Below are positions 1-12,404 of a stretch of DNA of 64,000 nucleotides, in pieces. The translations under genes were made by a program, and so were the position numbers. The stretch comes from Podarcis erhardii. Lineage: Eukaryota. The notes under the pieces were generated by a model. It was not told where the DNA came from and ran no database searches. It saw only the letters and a list, made by a program, of their open reading frames with translations. The first letter of the stretch is position 1. Every line of letters begins with the position of its first letter. Location: the NCBI GenBank assembly GCA_964252035.1, contig OZ176207.1, one strand, 5' to 3'.

Positions 1-89
1 TAAATCCAGTCCATGAGACACTAGGAGTGACGTCTCTTCACACATCTACTTCTCATGCTTTGTTTCCTGGTCACCTTGCACTGCATAGA

Positions 90-356
90 TAAGCTCTGGA
101 ATTCATTCCTGCAAGAAGCAGTGATGGCTGCCAACCTGGATGGCTTTGAATGAGCAATAGACAAATTCATTGGGGGGGGGGGGATAAGGCTATGTTTTGC
201 CTCTGCTGTCACAGGAAGTATGCCTTAATGCCAGTTGATGGGACTCGCAAGGGGTCCTGCAGGTCCTGTTTTCAGTCTTCCCATGGGCATTTAGTTGGCT
301 ACTGCAAGAGCAGGATGCTGGCCCAGATGGACACTGAACCAGCAGGCTCTTTTATG
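90..356 (+). mobile_element. CR1 LINE 3' fragment (decayed)
   Basis: gtgatggctgccaacctggatggctt...gacaaattcat and caggatgctgg...ccagcaggctcttttatg resemble the squamate CR1 ORF2 end and 3' UTR. Confidence 0.6.
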
Positions 357-884
357 ATATTATGCTACTAAGTTTCTTATATTCTTCTAGCGTGATCTAA
401 CACTGCTACAGGGTGGCATACATGATTCTCCCCTCATTCCTTTTTATCCTCATTAATAACCCTGCAGGCTCAGAGACAGACTGCACCCACCCAATGAGTT
501 TCATGGCCAAGTGGGTATTTGAAGCCTGGTTTTCCAGGTTCCAGTCCATCACTCTTAACTATTCCTTCCTTTGCCCCCTGCTATTTCCCCCCTCTCTTGA
601 ACAGATGCACTTAAGGCAGCACCAACTTATTCAATAAAAATGTTATTCCATGCAAGTGTTATCTCAGACACCTGCCTAGGCTTGCCTAGTAAGTGGTAAC
701 TGTAATTTGGGGATGAAAGAACAACATGAATTTTGTGTGTGCGTGTTTCACAGTGATTTGTAATACAGTATGCACAGATTAATATTCTTAACCATTATTT
801 TGGTTTTTTCCTCTTTTTGTATCCTTCCTAGGAAACAAAAAACACGCAATGGTTAATGAACGTTCTCCTTTTCATCTTTCATAG

Positions 885-2014
885 GTGACTTTAGGTGGGA
901 CCTTTATTGGCATTGGACGCAAAACTCCAGATTGCCAGGGGAACACCAAGTATTTCCGCTGCAAGTTCTGCAATTTCACCTACATGGGCAATTCATCGAC
1001 AGAGCTGGAGCAACACTTCTTGCAGACCCACCCAAACAAGATAAAATCCACCGTTCCTGCCTCTGAATCCAGCAAAGCCTCAGACAGGAACTCGAGCAAA
1101 TCCAGTCCTACTGTTCGATCATGTGAGGCTGCAGATTTGGGGAAGTGGCAGGACAAGATCACCATAAAAGCAGGAGATGACACTCCAGTTGGTTACTCAG
1201 TTCCCATCAAACCTCTCGAATCCTCAAGACAAAACGGTACGGATGCCTCCAGTTACTACTGGTGCAAATTCTGCAGCTTTAGTTGTGAATCATCCAGCTC
1301 GCTGAAACTGTTAGAACATTACAGCAAGCACCATGGGGGGAGCCAGGCAGGGGGCCCTCACCCAGATCGGAATGACAAGCTCTCAAGGGGGTCGGTCATT
1401 AATCATAATGACTTAGCCAAAAATTCAGATGGAGAGTTAGCAACAAAGACTGAGAAGGGCTCTAGCGTGGCCAAAAAGAAAGACTTTTCCAGCTCAGGAG
1501 TGGAGGACAACATGGTGACAAGCTACAATTGTCAGTTTTGTGATTTTAGATACTCTAAGAGCCATGGCCCAGATGTAATAGTGGTGGGGCCTCTTCTTCG
1601 TCATTATCAGCAGCTACACAACATTCACAAGTGTACCATTAAGCACTGTCAGTTTTGTCCCCGAGGCCTCTGTAGTCCAGAAAAGCACCTTGGAGAAATT
1701 ACTTATCCTTTTGCTTGCAGGAAAAGTAATTGTTCCCACTGTGCTCTCTTGCTCTTGCACTTGTCCCCTGGGATGCCAGGAGGCTCCAGAGTCAAGCACC
1801 AGTGTCACCAGTGCTCTTTCTCCACCCCCGATGTAGACGTTCTCCTGCTTCACTATGAAACCACACATGAAGCCCAGGCGACTGAAGTCAAGCAAGAAGC
1901 TAATGCCCCGCAAGGGTTGGATGGGCTGCTGAGTGTCAGAGAAAGCAAAGACCACACGTGCACCAAATGTGACTTTGTCACTCAGGTAGAAGAGGAGATT
2001 TCTCGACACTACAG
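885..2014 (+). CDS. TRPS1: TRPS1 internal coding exon (1130 bp; probable equivalent of human exon 4), several C2H2 zinc fingers
   Basis: The translation [54 protein letters not shown]...[19 protein letters not shown] matches vertebrate TRPS1 as I recall it. It has a polypyrimidine tract with acceptor AG at 883-884 and donor AG|GTAAAA at 2014/2015 (phase 2). Confidence 0.97.
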
Positions 2015-2323
2015 GTAAAATAAAAATAAAAAATGATTGCGTGTGCTATCTAGCCTTAAGGTATAAATGTGGGAGCTCAAGGTTTAAATATGGGACTTTA
2101 CCTACACATAGGACCCGTTCAGATGCTTATCCAGCTTTTGATCCCTTCAGACAATTGCGAGCATTCATGCCCTTCCATGTGGAAATAAGGTAACAACTGA
2201 TGTGAGGTCTCTATTTGTGTAATTTCTCTCTCCTCCCTTTCTGGTGAGAAGACGCAAGGAGCTGCAAGCTGCACTGTAGGTTAGTTCTCAAGAGCTACTG
2301 CCCTCAAATATGATGGCGAAGGG

Positions 2324-2703
2324 CAAGGGTAGCCATTGTGGTGCCCTCTAGTGATTGTTGGGTTGCAGCTCCCATCAGCCTCAGCCACTGTGGCCAATGG
2401 TCAGCAATGATGGGAGTTGTAATCCAACAGCATCTAGAGCAGGGGTCAGCAAACTTTTTCAGCAGGGGCTGGTTCACTGTCCCTCAGGCCTTGTGGGGGA
2501 CCAGACTACATTTTGAAAAGAAAAATGAAAGAATTCCTATGCCCCACAAATAACCCAGAGGTGCATTTTAAATGAAAGGACACATTCTACTCATGTAAAA
2601 ACAGGTCCACAGGCTGGATTTAGAAGGCGATTGGGCCGGCTCCGGCTCCCAGGCCTTAGTTTGCCTACTCATGATCTAGAGAGCACTACATTGACTGCCT
2701 TTG
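2324..2703. mobile_element. Small hAT-type MITE interrupted by a second MITE
   Basis: ctcccatcagcctcagc...ggccaatggtcagcaatgatgggagttgta core seen in many copies in this window. It is split at ATCTAGAG. Confidence 0.6.
2440..2673 (+). mobile_element. hAT (Charlie-like) MITE with perfect 8-bp TSD
   Basis: Starts CAGGGGTCAGCAAAC and ends GTTTGCCTACTCATG. ATCTAGAG is duplicated at 2432-2439 and 2674-2681, the nTCTAGAn target typical of hAT-Charlie. Confidence 0.88.
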
Positions 2704-4852
2704 ATGTAGCGCAATTTTCATATCAAAAAAAGGACAACTTGTAGAATACTCTAGTTAACCCATAGGTCTATGAAAGTGAAGGAAGCAACTGTTTTCCTAA
2801 AACGTAAGAGCCTCATGAAAGAAGAAAAACTTCAGAAAGAAATGGAATAGCCCCTGTATTCCCCAGATCTGCTAATCCTGATTACCTAAAGCACTGCTTC
2901 ATCCAGGATAGATCTGGCCAGGCTTTAGGATCAGCTTCAGAGGCCTTGTCTTAAGTGCCTTCATCTCAAGCCATTTTGTGAGTAAGCCTGAGAGACAAGA
3001 TTTGCCCTCCAGCAACATCTGGAGAGCGGCACATTGTCTACCCCTGTGCTACAGAAAACGAAACTTGGGCATCTCGAGAACACGCTGAATAGGCTTCATG
3101 AAAGGAAAAAGGAGGGATCTACACTATAATAGAACCATTCAGTTGAGATAAAAGAGGAAAGTACCTGGACATTGCTCAACTGTCAGCTGTATTGACTAGA
3201 TCTGAGGAGCCCATAAATTAATGGCGCCTGTTGCTCATATGTAACTAACAGCTGTAGCCCACACAAGTTACAGGCTCCAGCATGTATTTCCCCCTTTCGA
3301 TGCAAGCGGGCCGTAGGGGTGCTGTTAGGATTAATTGGTTAACAATTGTAAACAGCTTTGAAGATGAAAAGTTGTTTCTGTGTCTTAGGTGGTATTATAA
3401 TTTATTTTTATTAGTGCAGCTCTGGGCCATATTGGAAAACTTGACTACACAGCACTTTGACCACACTTTGAACGGCCTTTCTTAAGTCTTAAGATCTTTC
3501 AGGTGACTGAGAATACTCTTCTGCAGAGAAAGCTTTAGCCGATGTTTTTGTCTGCTTAAATTAAGATGTCCCTTCCCAGGAAAAGATAATAGTTTTTTAT
3601 TCCCCAAAGTGGATTTTTATATTTAGACCTTTTGATTATTGGCCTAGTTTTCAAAAGAACCGAGTGTCATATAGTTCCCGTTGACGTCAATGGTACATAA
3701 TACTGTTGGGGAAAAAATCACACCACTTATTTAGGTGACTAAATATGCTTTTGGGAACCTAAAATTAGGCTCTTGAGCTTCAAAAAATCTTGGCTAGAAT
3801 TCTACAAACCTTCTGGCACAACAACCCAGCATTTATTCTGTATATATATTTACGTATACTTTACCCCCAAAAACCCATATGATCTCTTTTTTTAGATGGT
3901 TGCTCTGTAAAATATACCATATATGATCAAAGCTTTCATTGTTCTTTCTATTCCTTTTTACTATATTTTTTATTATTTTTTAAAAAAAGTTTATACCAGA
4001 TTCTGCAAAATATAATATTTCTCTATATGCAAGTTTGTCAGCTTTAAAACTTTGGTTTTAAGATAAAGCTTTAAAAATGTTAAACTGGGTGAAATGAATT
4101 ATAATCAGTTCACAATTTCATTTTTAATCGTTAATTTGAATAGTATGTCTGTGACACCAGGTTATACCAACACTGTGTGGATAAAGTCCTGCTTGTGGAA
4201 CAAGATTTTCATTTCCTCTCTTTCCTTAAATCCCCTCCTATCTGCTTCAGCCCCACCCACTCTTCCAATCTGATTTTGAGGGTTTATGAGAGGGTTGGTA
4301 GGGACAGGAGAGGAAGGGGAGCTTCTTTTCACACACACAAAAATCTGTTGCATGAGCAGAGCACTGAATACAGCCCAGGGCATCTGGGATTGTTAAACAT
4401 TTGTCCAAGTGAGCCTTCTGAAAATGGTTTGTTTTAATCATCAAGGTGCAGGCTGCATTCATATGGAATGCTAAGCCATTGTTTAGCCTTATCGTGGCTT
4501 GCTTGAACGTCCAAACCCACTCTGAGCAACCAACCATGGTTTAGTTTATTACAACAAACCATGGTTTATTGTTGGCTTACAAATCTGGTGTGTTTTAATA
4601 AACATTTGCCATTACATCTGAACCCAGCATTCTGGCTTAATCCTGGATAGTTTTGATGCCTTACTCAAAACAGTTTGCCAAACTATAGCAGCACAAAGCA
4701 AGAACAGTTAGAAAATGAAACTGCTGTCCTGAGTAGGCAATTCTCTATGGACCTTTTCAGAAGTAGCACTTGTTCTTACTACAACTTGGCAACAACCTTC
4801 TTTCTCTTCCTAACTACTCCCTCTCAAGCAACCTGCCTAGTTTTGCCACTTC

Positions 4853-4901
4853 ATAATAATAATAATAATAATAGGAAGAAGAAGAAGAAGAAGAAGAAGA
4901 A
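4853..4901. repeat. Compound microsatellite (AAT)n(GAA)n
   Basis: Directly visible. Confidence 0.95.
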
Positions 4902-6217
4902 CTGGGTTCCATCTGCATTGTTGCTAACCATGTTTAATGGGAACAGTAACCGGGCCTGGAATCAGTGTTTAAAACAAGGAATTACAAAACCTGATTACCA
5001 GGGAATTTTATTCATGTTAACCATGGTTTTCAGCAACGCAAACATAAAAAGCTGCATGTGGTTAAAGCAAGCTTATGGAGGCAGGGAATTTGCGCAGGAG
5101 AGTGGTAGGGAAGGGGATGGAGTACCTGAGTCAACAAAATGCTCTGATCACCTAAACGTCACAAAATCAGGAATTTGATAACTGAACCTGGGACTTGCAT
5201 CATGTAACAATATCTTGGTGCAAGTCATATTTTGAGTAAGTTCAATCATAACAGAAAGAAAGTAATGAAGGCAGACACAATTTTATCAATGCTAAATCAC
5301 ATATTGAGAAAGTAGTTCTCCTGTATTGCTTAACTTGATGTAGATTGTTGACAAAAATCCCAGATGTGGTTCTGATTAAAATATGGTTTAAATCCTATTT
5401 ATGCTTTCATCTTTAATATTTAGAAAATTTAAAAGAGGAGAGTAAAATTTACATAAATGTCCTGCTGCCTTTATCAATTTAGTGGTGTGTGTGTAAAAAC
5501 ACACACCCTGCTTTGTTTCATTCTTCCATATTTCTTCAATTAAATTCATCAAACTTTTGCATTTTACCAAATCTCTTTTCTCTCTCCCCACTCAATCAGT
5601 AAGGGCCTAGGTATATGACATACCATTTGTTAAATTAATAATTTTATGAATTATATAAACAAATTCCAGGTTTTTGTTGGGGTGATCTGAATTGGCATCC
5701 TAATGTGGAGGTTAGGGTTAGCCCTTGGACACCCACTTTGGTCCTGATGTAGGTTCCATGGCTATTTTCAACAGGAAAGAAATGCCTATTGGTGTGTATT
5801 GCTGATTTTGTGAATAGCATTTTTTGCCCTAATTTCTATTAAATTTGGAGTGTTAATGTTGAACCAGAGACTGATGTCAATGTACTCTTAGCTGTAACAA
5901 ATTATTTGCAGGTTCAGGTTCTGGTGTTTGCAGTTTAGGTGTTTGATTTGAATCAAAATATTTAGGCCACCTTCCAATTTTTATAAGGCTTTCATACATT
6001 AAATGAAACCTGTGAAATCTGGTATAATCCATATTGCAAATCTTAACTGATTTGAAAAATGCTTAATCGTCATTGTGCTCTTCACAGAATCCTAGGACCT
6101 GTAATGTTGCAGATCTCTGCAAATGGATAATGCTAGCCTCTCACACAATTCATTTGTTTGGAATTATTATAATTTATACTACTTTAATATGTAGACAAAA
6201 TCTTACACCAGAAGAAA

Positions 6218-6312
6218 ATGAAGAAGTGTGCATGCACACGAAAGCTCATACCAAGAACTAACTTAGTTGGTCTTTAAGGTGCTACTGGAAGGAATTTTTT
6301 TATTTTGTTTTG
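6218..6312 (+). mobile_element. Penelope-like element terminal fragment with hammerhead-ribozyme remnant
   Basis: TGAAGA-A-GTGTGCATGCACAC-GAAA-GCTC-ATAC followed by cttagttggtctttaaggtgctactgg. Flanked by the direct repeat ACCAGAAGAAA (6207-6217 and 6313-6323). Confidence 0.75.
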
Positions 6313-8449
6313 ACCAGAAGAAATTGCACTGTCTAATTGGTGTATGAATAGCCACCTTTTTTCATAAATGTCCTAATTTTGCCCTAAGATCAGGTCTAGA
6401 GAAAGCGGTAATTTGATGCACACTTTTTGGGTTAGATGAAGCAAGACACAAACCAGGAGCTCAACAGACACAGCACCAACTTCCTACTTCCTGTATCATT
6501 AGGCACCCTCTTTACAGTAGCAAACTGGCAGTTTAGGACAATTGAGCTTTTTTTTGGGGGGGGGGGGGCAAACCCTATAGTTCAAACCACTATACAGCTT
6601 TTCTAAACCAAGGGTAGCCACTGGGTGGTAGTCAAACATGGATTTGATATAGCAGTTTAGATATAGACTACAGCCCCAGATTTTTTTAAGATAATGGGAG
6701 TCGTAGTCCCAAACACCTGGACTCTACTACATTAGCTACTTTGGTCCTTGATTACAACATTCCAAATATTGAAATCTTGTGGTCCCAGAGAGCCAATCCA
6801 GTGTCTTTGCCTGCTACTAAGTTACAGAGAGTGCTGAGGAAATTATTGCTATGGAAAGCTTTCAGTGCATTTCTTCCCGACTCTTCCTTATTGCCTGTCT
6901 GCCTATTTCCTTACTTCCAGACCTGCCTTCTAGTAGGTTTCCTGCCTTTGCTGTGCACTTAAAACCCAGGAACTATGACACTATCTGAGCTTCCTTTCCA
7001 GGATGTGAACTGCATCTTGGCATGCCTCATCTACTTTCAGTTTGCACTATCTAAAAACTCCCTAGTATATTATAATATACAGGAGGAAAAGGATCAGCTC
7101 TTGTTAAAAGGATGGGTATGCTTGTGAGCCAAATGCAGTTCTTAATGAAGACAGTAGGAGCCTAGCCACTGGCTTTAGTTGGACTAGATTTCCCCATTCA
7201 TTTTTCCAGCAACTAGTGTTGCTATGGCAATAACACATTTCTTGCAAGTGTTTGGTCCTGTATAACATAGTCCAGGGCTCATTTACTCTACTCTCCCAGT
7301 CCACTCAATTTGGCCGGGTTTGCTTTATGTGTGGCAATTTTTCCTACACAAAAACATGGTGCTTGGGGGTGGGTGGGATTTATGTATGGGAGAAAGCACA
7401 TATGTACACACATTCATATGTATTTTGCCATTTTAAGTATGCAGTTTGGGAAAGCTGTTGAAACTGCGCTGTATTTGTGGCAAAATTGTATGCATTGTGA
7501 ATTTATGTGCTTGTTTAGTAACAATATTTCCTTATCCAGATACGATCCTTGCATAGGAACAGTGTTCTATGGCGTACACATCTTTTAGTATTGTTGAACT
7601 CCAATACATAAGATGTGTTTCTACATGTGCATTTTTGTAATAAGGATTTGGTTACAGACTTGTGCATATTTTGGTACATGACGGAGCCTTTTTTGCGGGG
7701 GGGGGGGGAGTAAATCCATTTTATTACAAATCCTCTCACTCCGGGGTCCTGATCCTGACTGGGAAGTCTGTGTGCTACTGTAATGCTAATAAAACAGTAT
7801 CATGTTAGCTCATAAAACGTGTTCTGTTACTATGGCATACACAGGAAATTGGCAACATATTGTTCCAATGTGGGAACATATGTTTTACATAGTTCAGTAA
7901 TACAGTACTTTGCATGGTCTGCTTGAATGAAAATAGGCATGTGTGTTATTCTAAGGTATATAAGACACTTATATTGCCTGTACTGGAGATTGCATATTAG
8001 GTAATTCCCCTGCTTTCCTAGTTGAAGTTTTATGATTGATCCAAGTTTCTCTCAACCCCTGCCCCTGCCCCACATTTCACAGCACCGTGTAATACTCTAC
8101 CACATAATCTGGTCTCTTGCTTTTAAAAAGACGAGTCTCTTAAATAAAAACCTTGATAATTTCCATAAAAGAAAACATATTATTTGTTTCTTGCAAAAAG
8201 CAATTGCATTTGAATTAATCAGTTTTAGTTCCAATGGCTCCCTGTGCTCTGATTTGTTTTTAATGAACTATATATTGTTGAAGGAAGCAAAGTTATCAAA
8301 TACAATTGGACAATTTAAGTGAAACTCCATGCAGCATATTACCTGTATATCACAGGTTCACAATCTGTTTGCCATTTTATCATTAAATCCAAACCCTGTA
8401 GTTGCAAAATAAATTGAATCACAATAAAGACAATGATTTTGAAGTATTA

Positions 8450-8659
8450 CAGTCAAACCTCGGTTGCCGAATGTAATCGGTTCTGGAATACCGTTTGACT
8501 TCCGAAACGTTTGATAACCGAGGTGTGGCTTCTTGCAGTCAAGCGGAAGCCGCGTTGGACGTTCAGGTTCTGAAAAACGTTCAAAAACTGGAGCATTTTC
8601 ATCTGGGTTTTTGGCGTTTGGTACGATAACAGAGGCATTCGGGAGCTGAGGTTTGACTG
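8450..8659. mobile_element. TcMar (Tigger-like) MITE
   Basis: TIRs CAGTCAAACCTC / GAGGTTTGACTG with TA on both sides. Confidence 0.88.
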
Positions 8660-8721
8660 TATTCCTGTGGAAAAAAAATCCAACAAAAATAAACATTGGT
8701 TTCCAGTTTTCATGATATGCA

Positions 8722-10173
8722 TCCAGTTTTTTTTTTTAAGTAATTTTTTATTAATTTTCCAATTTTTAACACTAAACAGCAACACCATACAAACATCAAC
8801 AAATACAAACACACACAAAAAATATCATTTCTTAACCTCATTTTCATACGCCTCGTTTCTCGGACTTCCCCATACCTCACCCTTTTTGCATCCTTGTTTT
8901 ACAGTTTTTCAACAACCCTTTTTGCCAATTAAATTTTAAATTTAAACTCATTGTCATTCTCAATTTCACCTTAAATCATCAAACAGTTTTAGCTGCAATT
9001 ATGCGTCTTCCTTCCCCTTGACATTTTATCACTCCTCTATTTTACAACAGTTCTTAAGATATACTTTAAACTTCTTCCAATCTTCCTCCACTGTCTCTTT
9101 CTCTTGGTCGCGGATTCTGCCGGTCATTTCTGCCAGTCCCATAAAGTCAATCACTTTCGCCTGCCATTCTTCCAGTGTGGGTAATTCTTGTGTCTTCCAA
9201 TACTTTGCTAGAAGGATCCTTGCTGCTGTAGTGGCGTACATAAAGAAAATCTTATCCCTCTTTGGAACCAATTGGCCGACCATGCCCAGGAGAAATGCCT
9301 CCGGTTTCTTTTGAAAGGTACATTTAAGTACCTTCTTAATTTCATTATAAATCATTTCCCAGAAGGCCTTAATCCTTGGGCAGGTCCACCAAAGGTGAAA
9401 GAAGGTACCTTCGGCTTCATTACATTTCCAACATTTATTATTGGGCAGATGGTAAATCTTCGCGAGCTTGACTGGGGTCATGTACCACCTATAAATCATT
9501 TTCATAATATTTTCTTTTAAGGCATTACATGCCGTAAATTTGATACCGGTGGTCCATAACTGTTCCCAGTCCGCAAACATAATGTCATGACCTATGTCCT
9601 GTGCCCATTTAATCATAGCTGACTTAACAGTTTCGTCTATTGTATTCCACTTCAGCAATAGGTTATACATTCTTGATAAATTCTTAGTATTGGGTTCTAA
9701 CAATTCTGTCTCTAGTTTCGATTTCTCCACCTGGAAACCAATTTTCCTGTCTTGTTTAAAAGTCTCCATTATTTGATAATAATGGAGCCAATCTCGTACT
9801 TTAGACTTTATTTTCTCATAGCTCTGTAATTTAAATTTACCACTTTCTTGTTCTAAAATTTCAAAATATTTTGGCCATTTAGATTCCATGTTAGGTTTCT
9901 TCACCTCCTTGGCTTCCATAGGTGATAGCCACCTAGGAGTTTTATTTTCCAGCAAATCCTTATATCGAATCCAAACATTATATGATGCTTTTCTAACAAT
10001 ATGGTTTTTAAAACCCTTGTGAACTTTAACCTTGTCATACCATATATATGCATGCCAACCAAACCTATTGTCAAATCCTTCCAAATCCAACGTGTCTGCA
10101 TTCTCAAGAAGTAGCCAATCTTTCAACCAGCAGAAAGCTGCTGATTCATAGTACAATCTTAAGTCCAGTTTTT
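8722..10173 (-). mobile_element. 5'-truncated L1-clade LINE (ORF2 C-terminus, 3' UTR, poly-A), with TSD
   Basis: Uninterrupted ORF2 remnant of about 377 codons (10162 to 9029) including the CCHC knuckle CWKCNEAEGTFFHLWWTC. Poly-T at about 8727-8737. TCCAGTTTTT is duplicated at 8722-8731 and 10164-10173. Confidence 0.92.
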
Positions 10174-10421
10174 GCCTATGCACACATATGGTAATAAAAC
10201 AAGGGAGTTTCCATAATTTTGCACAATTCCCATGAGTTCTAACAGCCATTTGTTAAAAAATAGAACTATTTTTGGTTTCCAAAGCTCACTATTTCCATTG
10301 CTGATGTGAACACCTTTTTTATAGCTGCTCCGATAAGACTTCAAACACATTTAATTAAACCAGCAAATAACCACAAAAGCCCATAACAGGTGTCAGGGGC
10401 AGAACAGGTAACTTGACAACC

Positions 10422-10600
10422 TAAGAAATGTCTGCTGGATCAATCCAGAGACTCATCTAGTCCTGCACTGCTCTCACACTGGCCAACCACATGCCCATGG
10501 GAAGCCTGAGGGCAGCAGCATTTCCACCATTTGTGATTCCCAGGAAATGGTATTTGGAATCATACTGTCTCAGACAGTGAAGGTAGAATATGGTGCACAT
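10422..10600 (-). mobile_element. CR1 3' UTR fragment
   Basis: taagaaatgtctgctggatca...catctagtcc...ctcacactggccaaccacatgcc is the reverse complement of the CR1 3' end. Confidence 0.6.
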
Positions 10601-10754
10601 GTTCTCTGTGACAGTGGAGGTAGAGCACACCCGTAGCAATTAATTTAGTACCAGTCTAAAACTGAACATAGAGCATGGAGATAGGAGTGTCTGTATCGCT
10701 GGGAGTGAGTGGGAAATGAGTTGCAGGGGACATTGGAATGCTAGGTTTATAAAT

Positions 10755-11085
10755 CAGGGGTCAGCAAACTTTTTCAGCAGGTGGCCAGTCCACTGTCCCT
10801 CAGACCTTGGGGGGGGGGGTCGGACTATATTTTGAAGGGGTGTGTGTGAAATGAATGAATTCCGATGCTCCACAAATAACCCAGAGATGCATTTTAAATA
10901 AAAGCACACATTCTGCTCATGTAAAAGCACCAGGCAGGCCTCACAAATAACCTAGAGATGCATTTTATATAAAACAGCACATTCTACTCGTGTAAAAACA
11001 TGCTGATTCCCAGACCGTCCGCGGACCGGATTTGGAAGGCGATTGGGCTGGATCCGGCCCCCGGGCCTTAGTTTGTCTACCCATG
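10755..11085 (+). mobile_element. hAT MITE, longer variant of the 2440-2673 family
   Basis: Same termini (CAGGGGTCAGCAAAC ... GTTTGTCTACCCATG) with an internal duplication of the cacaaataacc-agagatgcatttta unit. No clean TSD. Confidence 0.85.
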
Positions 11086-11320
11086 AATTAGACCCTGCAA
11101 GCTTCTGCCAGATGTGGCTTCTGCTGTCACTGCATTGCTTTCTGATGTCTCTCTCAATTAGTATGTTCTGACCACAAATTATTACAAATCTATACCACTA
11201 AATGTTGAGATATTAGGTTCTTCATATGCTGTGTTTTTAACTCTTCATCTAAAAAAAACACCTTGGTATTGAGATTTCAGGAAGTGGCAGAGATGGACTG
11301 AAATAATAGAATCTCTAGAG

Positions 11321-11622
11321 GGGTAGCTATGCTAGCATGTGGCTACGACAGTTTTGTGGCACCTTAAAGACTATAAACAAAACTTCTGTCTTAAACCAGG
11401 GTAGCTTATATGGTACCCTCTGTATGTTTTTGGTTCCCAGCTTCCCATGATTCCTGACCATTGGCCATGCAAATTGAGGCTGATGGAGATTGTAGACTAG
11501 CAATATTTTGAGGGGGCGATGTTGACTACCTCTGGTCTAAGCTTTTGTACTTTAGTACGTTAAAGCTTTTTTCCAAAATAAATGTAGGCTAGTCCTTAAG
11601 ATGCCACAAGACTAACACAGTG
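11321..11622. mobile_element. Decayed inverted Penelope-like fragments enclosing a hAT MITE (11397-11534)
   Basis: gtggcaccttaaagacta (about 11356) and its near reverse complement tagtccttaagatgccac (about 11591) flank a cagggtagc...gactacctctg MITE. Confidence 0.45.
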
Positions 11623-12404
11623 AGTAGCAGAGACTAATTTGGTTCTCCTCAATTTGTAGCAGTTTTAAATTAAGTGTCATTTTTTTTTAATTCTACGGTA
11701 CGTTCTGAATACAGATTTTCTTTTCAAAGCTTGTATTACCTGTTGTAATTTTCCCTGTTTATCAATAGAAATTTAATTCACACTTTATTATTGTTGTTGT
11801 TGTTGTTAGTAGTAGTAGTATTATTTTCAAGACTTTAGCCTTGGCCCTCACCTTGCTGGATCCTATCCCAGTGCATTTGTGTACAGTGTAAATATCTGTA
11901 AGGAGTGGCACTTCGTACATGAAGACTTGCATGAGAATTGGAACCCTGGTCATTCATGCTTCCAAATCACTTGGATTGTAATTCATACATGCAGCTATAC
12001 ACTTGAAGGCCACTCACTACAGATGTTTGCAGTGTATGGGGAGACATCTGGAAAGCAACATGTGACATTGAGGACAGGGCCCCCTTTCTCGCTCTTGCAT
12101 TTTGTCAGTATGGGACCAATAGTGCCTGAATAGGATTAGGGAAGGAGATAGAAAGGAGAAAAAGAGTGAAGAACAGACCTAGAACAGAATAATGGTAGAT
12201 ATATAATGAGAGATATAATGAAGATAAATAATGAAGAGTAGATACGATTTTGCATATTGGGTTTAAAGGTGGAACCTAGTGCTGGAATGGTTAAAAGCTA
12301 CTGGAACAGGAAATATTTGTTTCTATGCATTTTTGGCGTCTTTGGGAAAATAAATGGATGTAGGCTATGCAATATTAATTTTGCTTTCATTTCTCTCTTA
12401 TCAG

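Larger units (their letters stand above)
2015..12404 (+). other. TRPS1: TRPS1 intron (GT-AG, 10,390 bp)
   Basis: Bounded by the donor and acceptor of the two exons, and the phase is consistent across the junction (a split zinc finger HYR|RVH). Confidence 0.93.

Noticed and set aside
980-2009. Antisense ORFs overlapping the TRPS1 exon
   Set aside because: These are shadow ORFs of a coding exon.
2252-2279. Possible micro-exon (pyrimidine tract, AAG|...TAG|GTTAGT)
   Set aside because: It is 28 nt and frameshifting, the tract is separated from the AG, and the flanking exons already join in phase.
3682-3689. Perfect CRE palindrome TGACGTCA
   Set aside because: It is a single 8-mer inside what appears to be an old palindromic repeat remnant, with no supporting context.
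4675-5178. 167-aa ORF with poly-N/poly-K
   Set aside because: It is open mainly because it spans an (AAT)n(GAA)n microsatellite, it starts at TTG, and it has no recognisable homology.
10164-10249. N-terminal part of the 406-aa minus-strand ORF (9029-10249)
   Set aside because: It lies in or beyond the L1 TSD, so it is a chance extension into flanking DNA. The ORF is a truncated L1 ORF2, not a gene.
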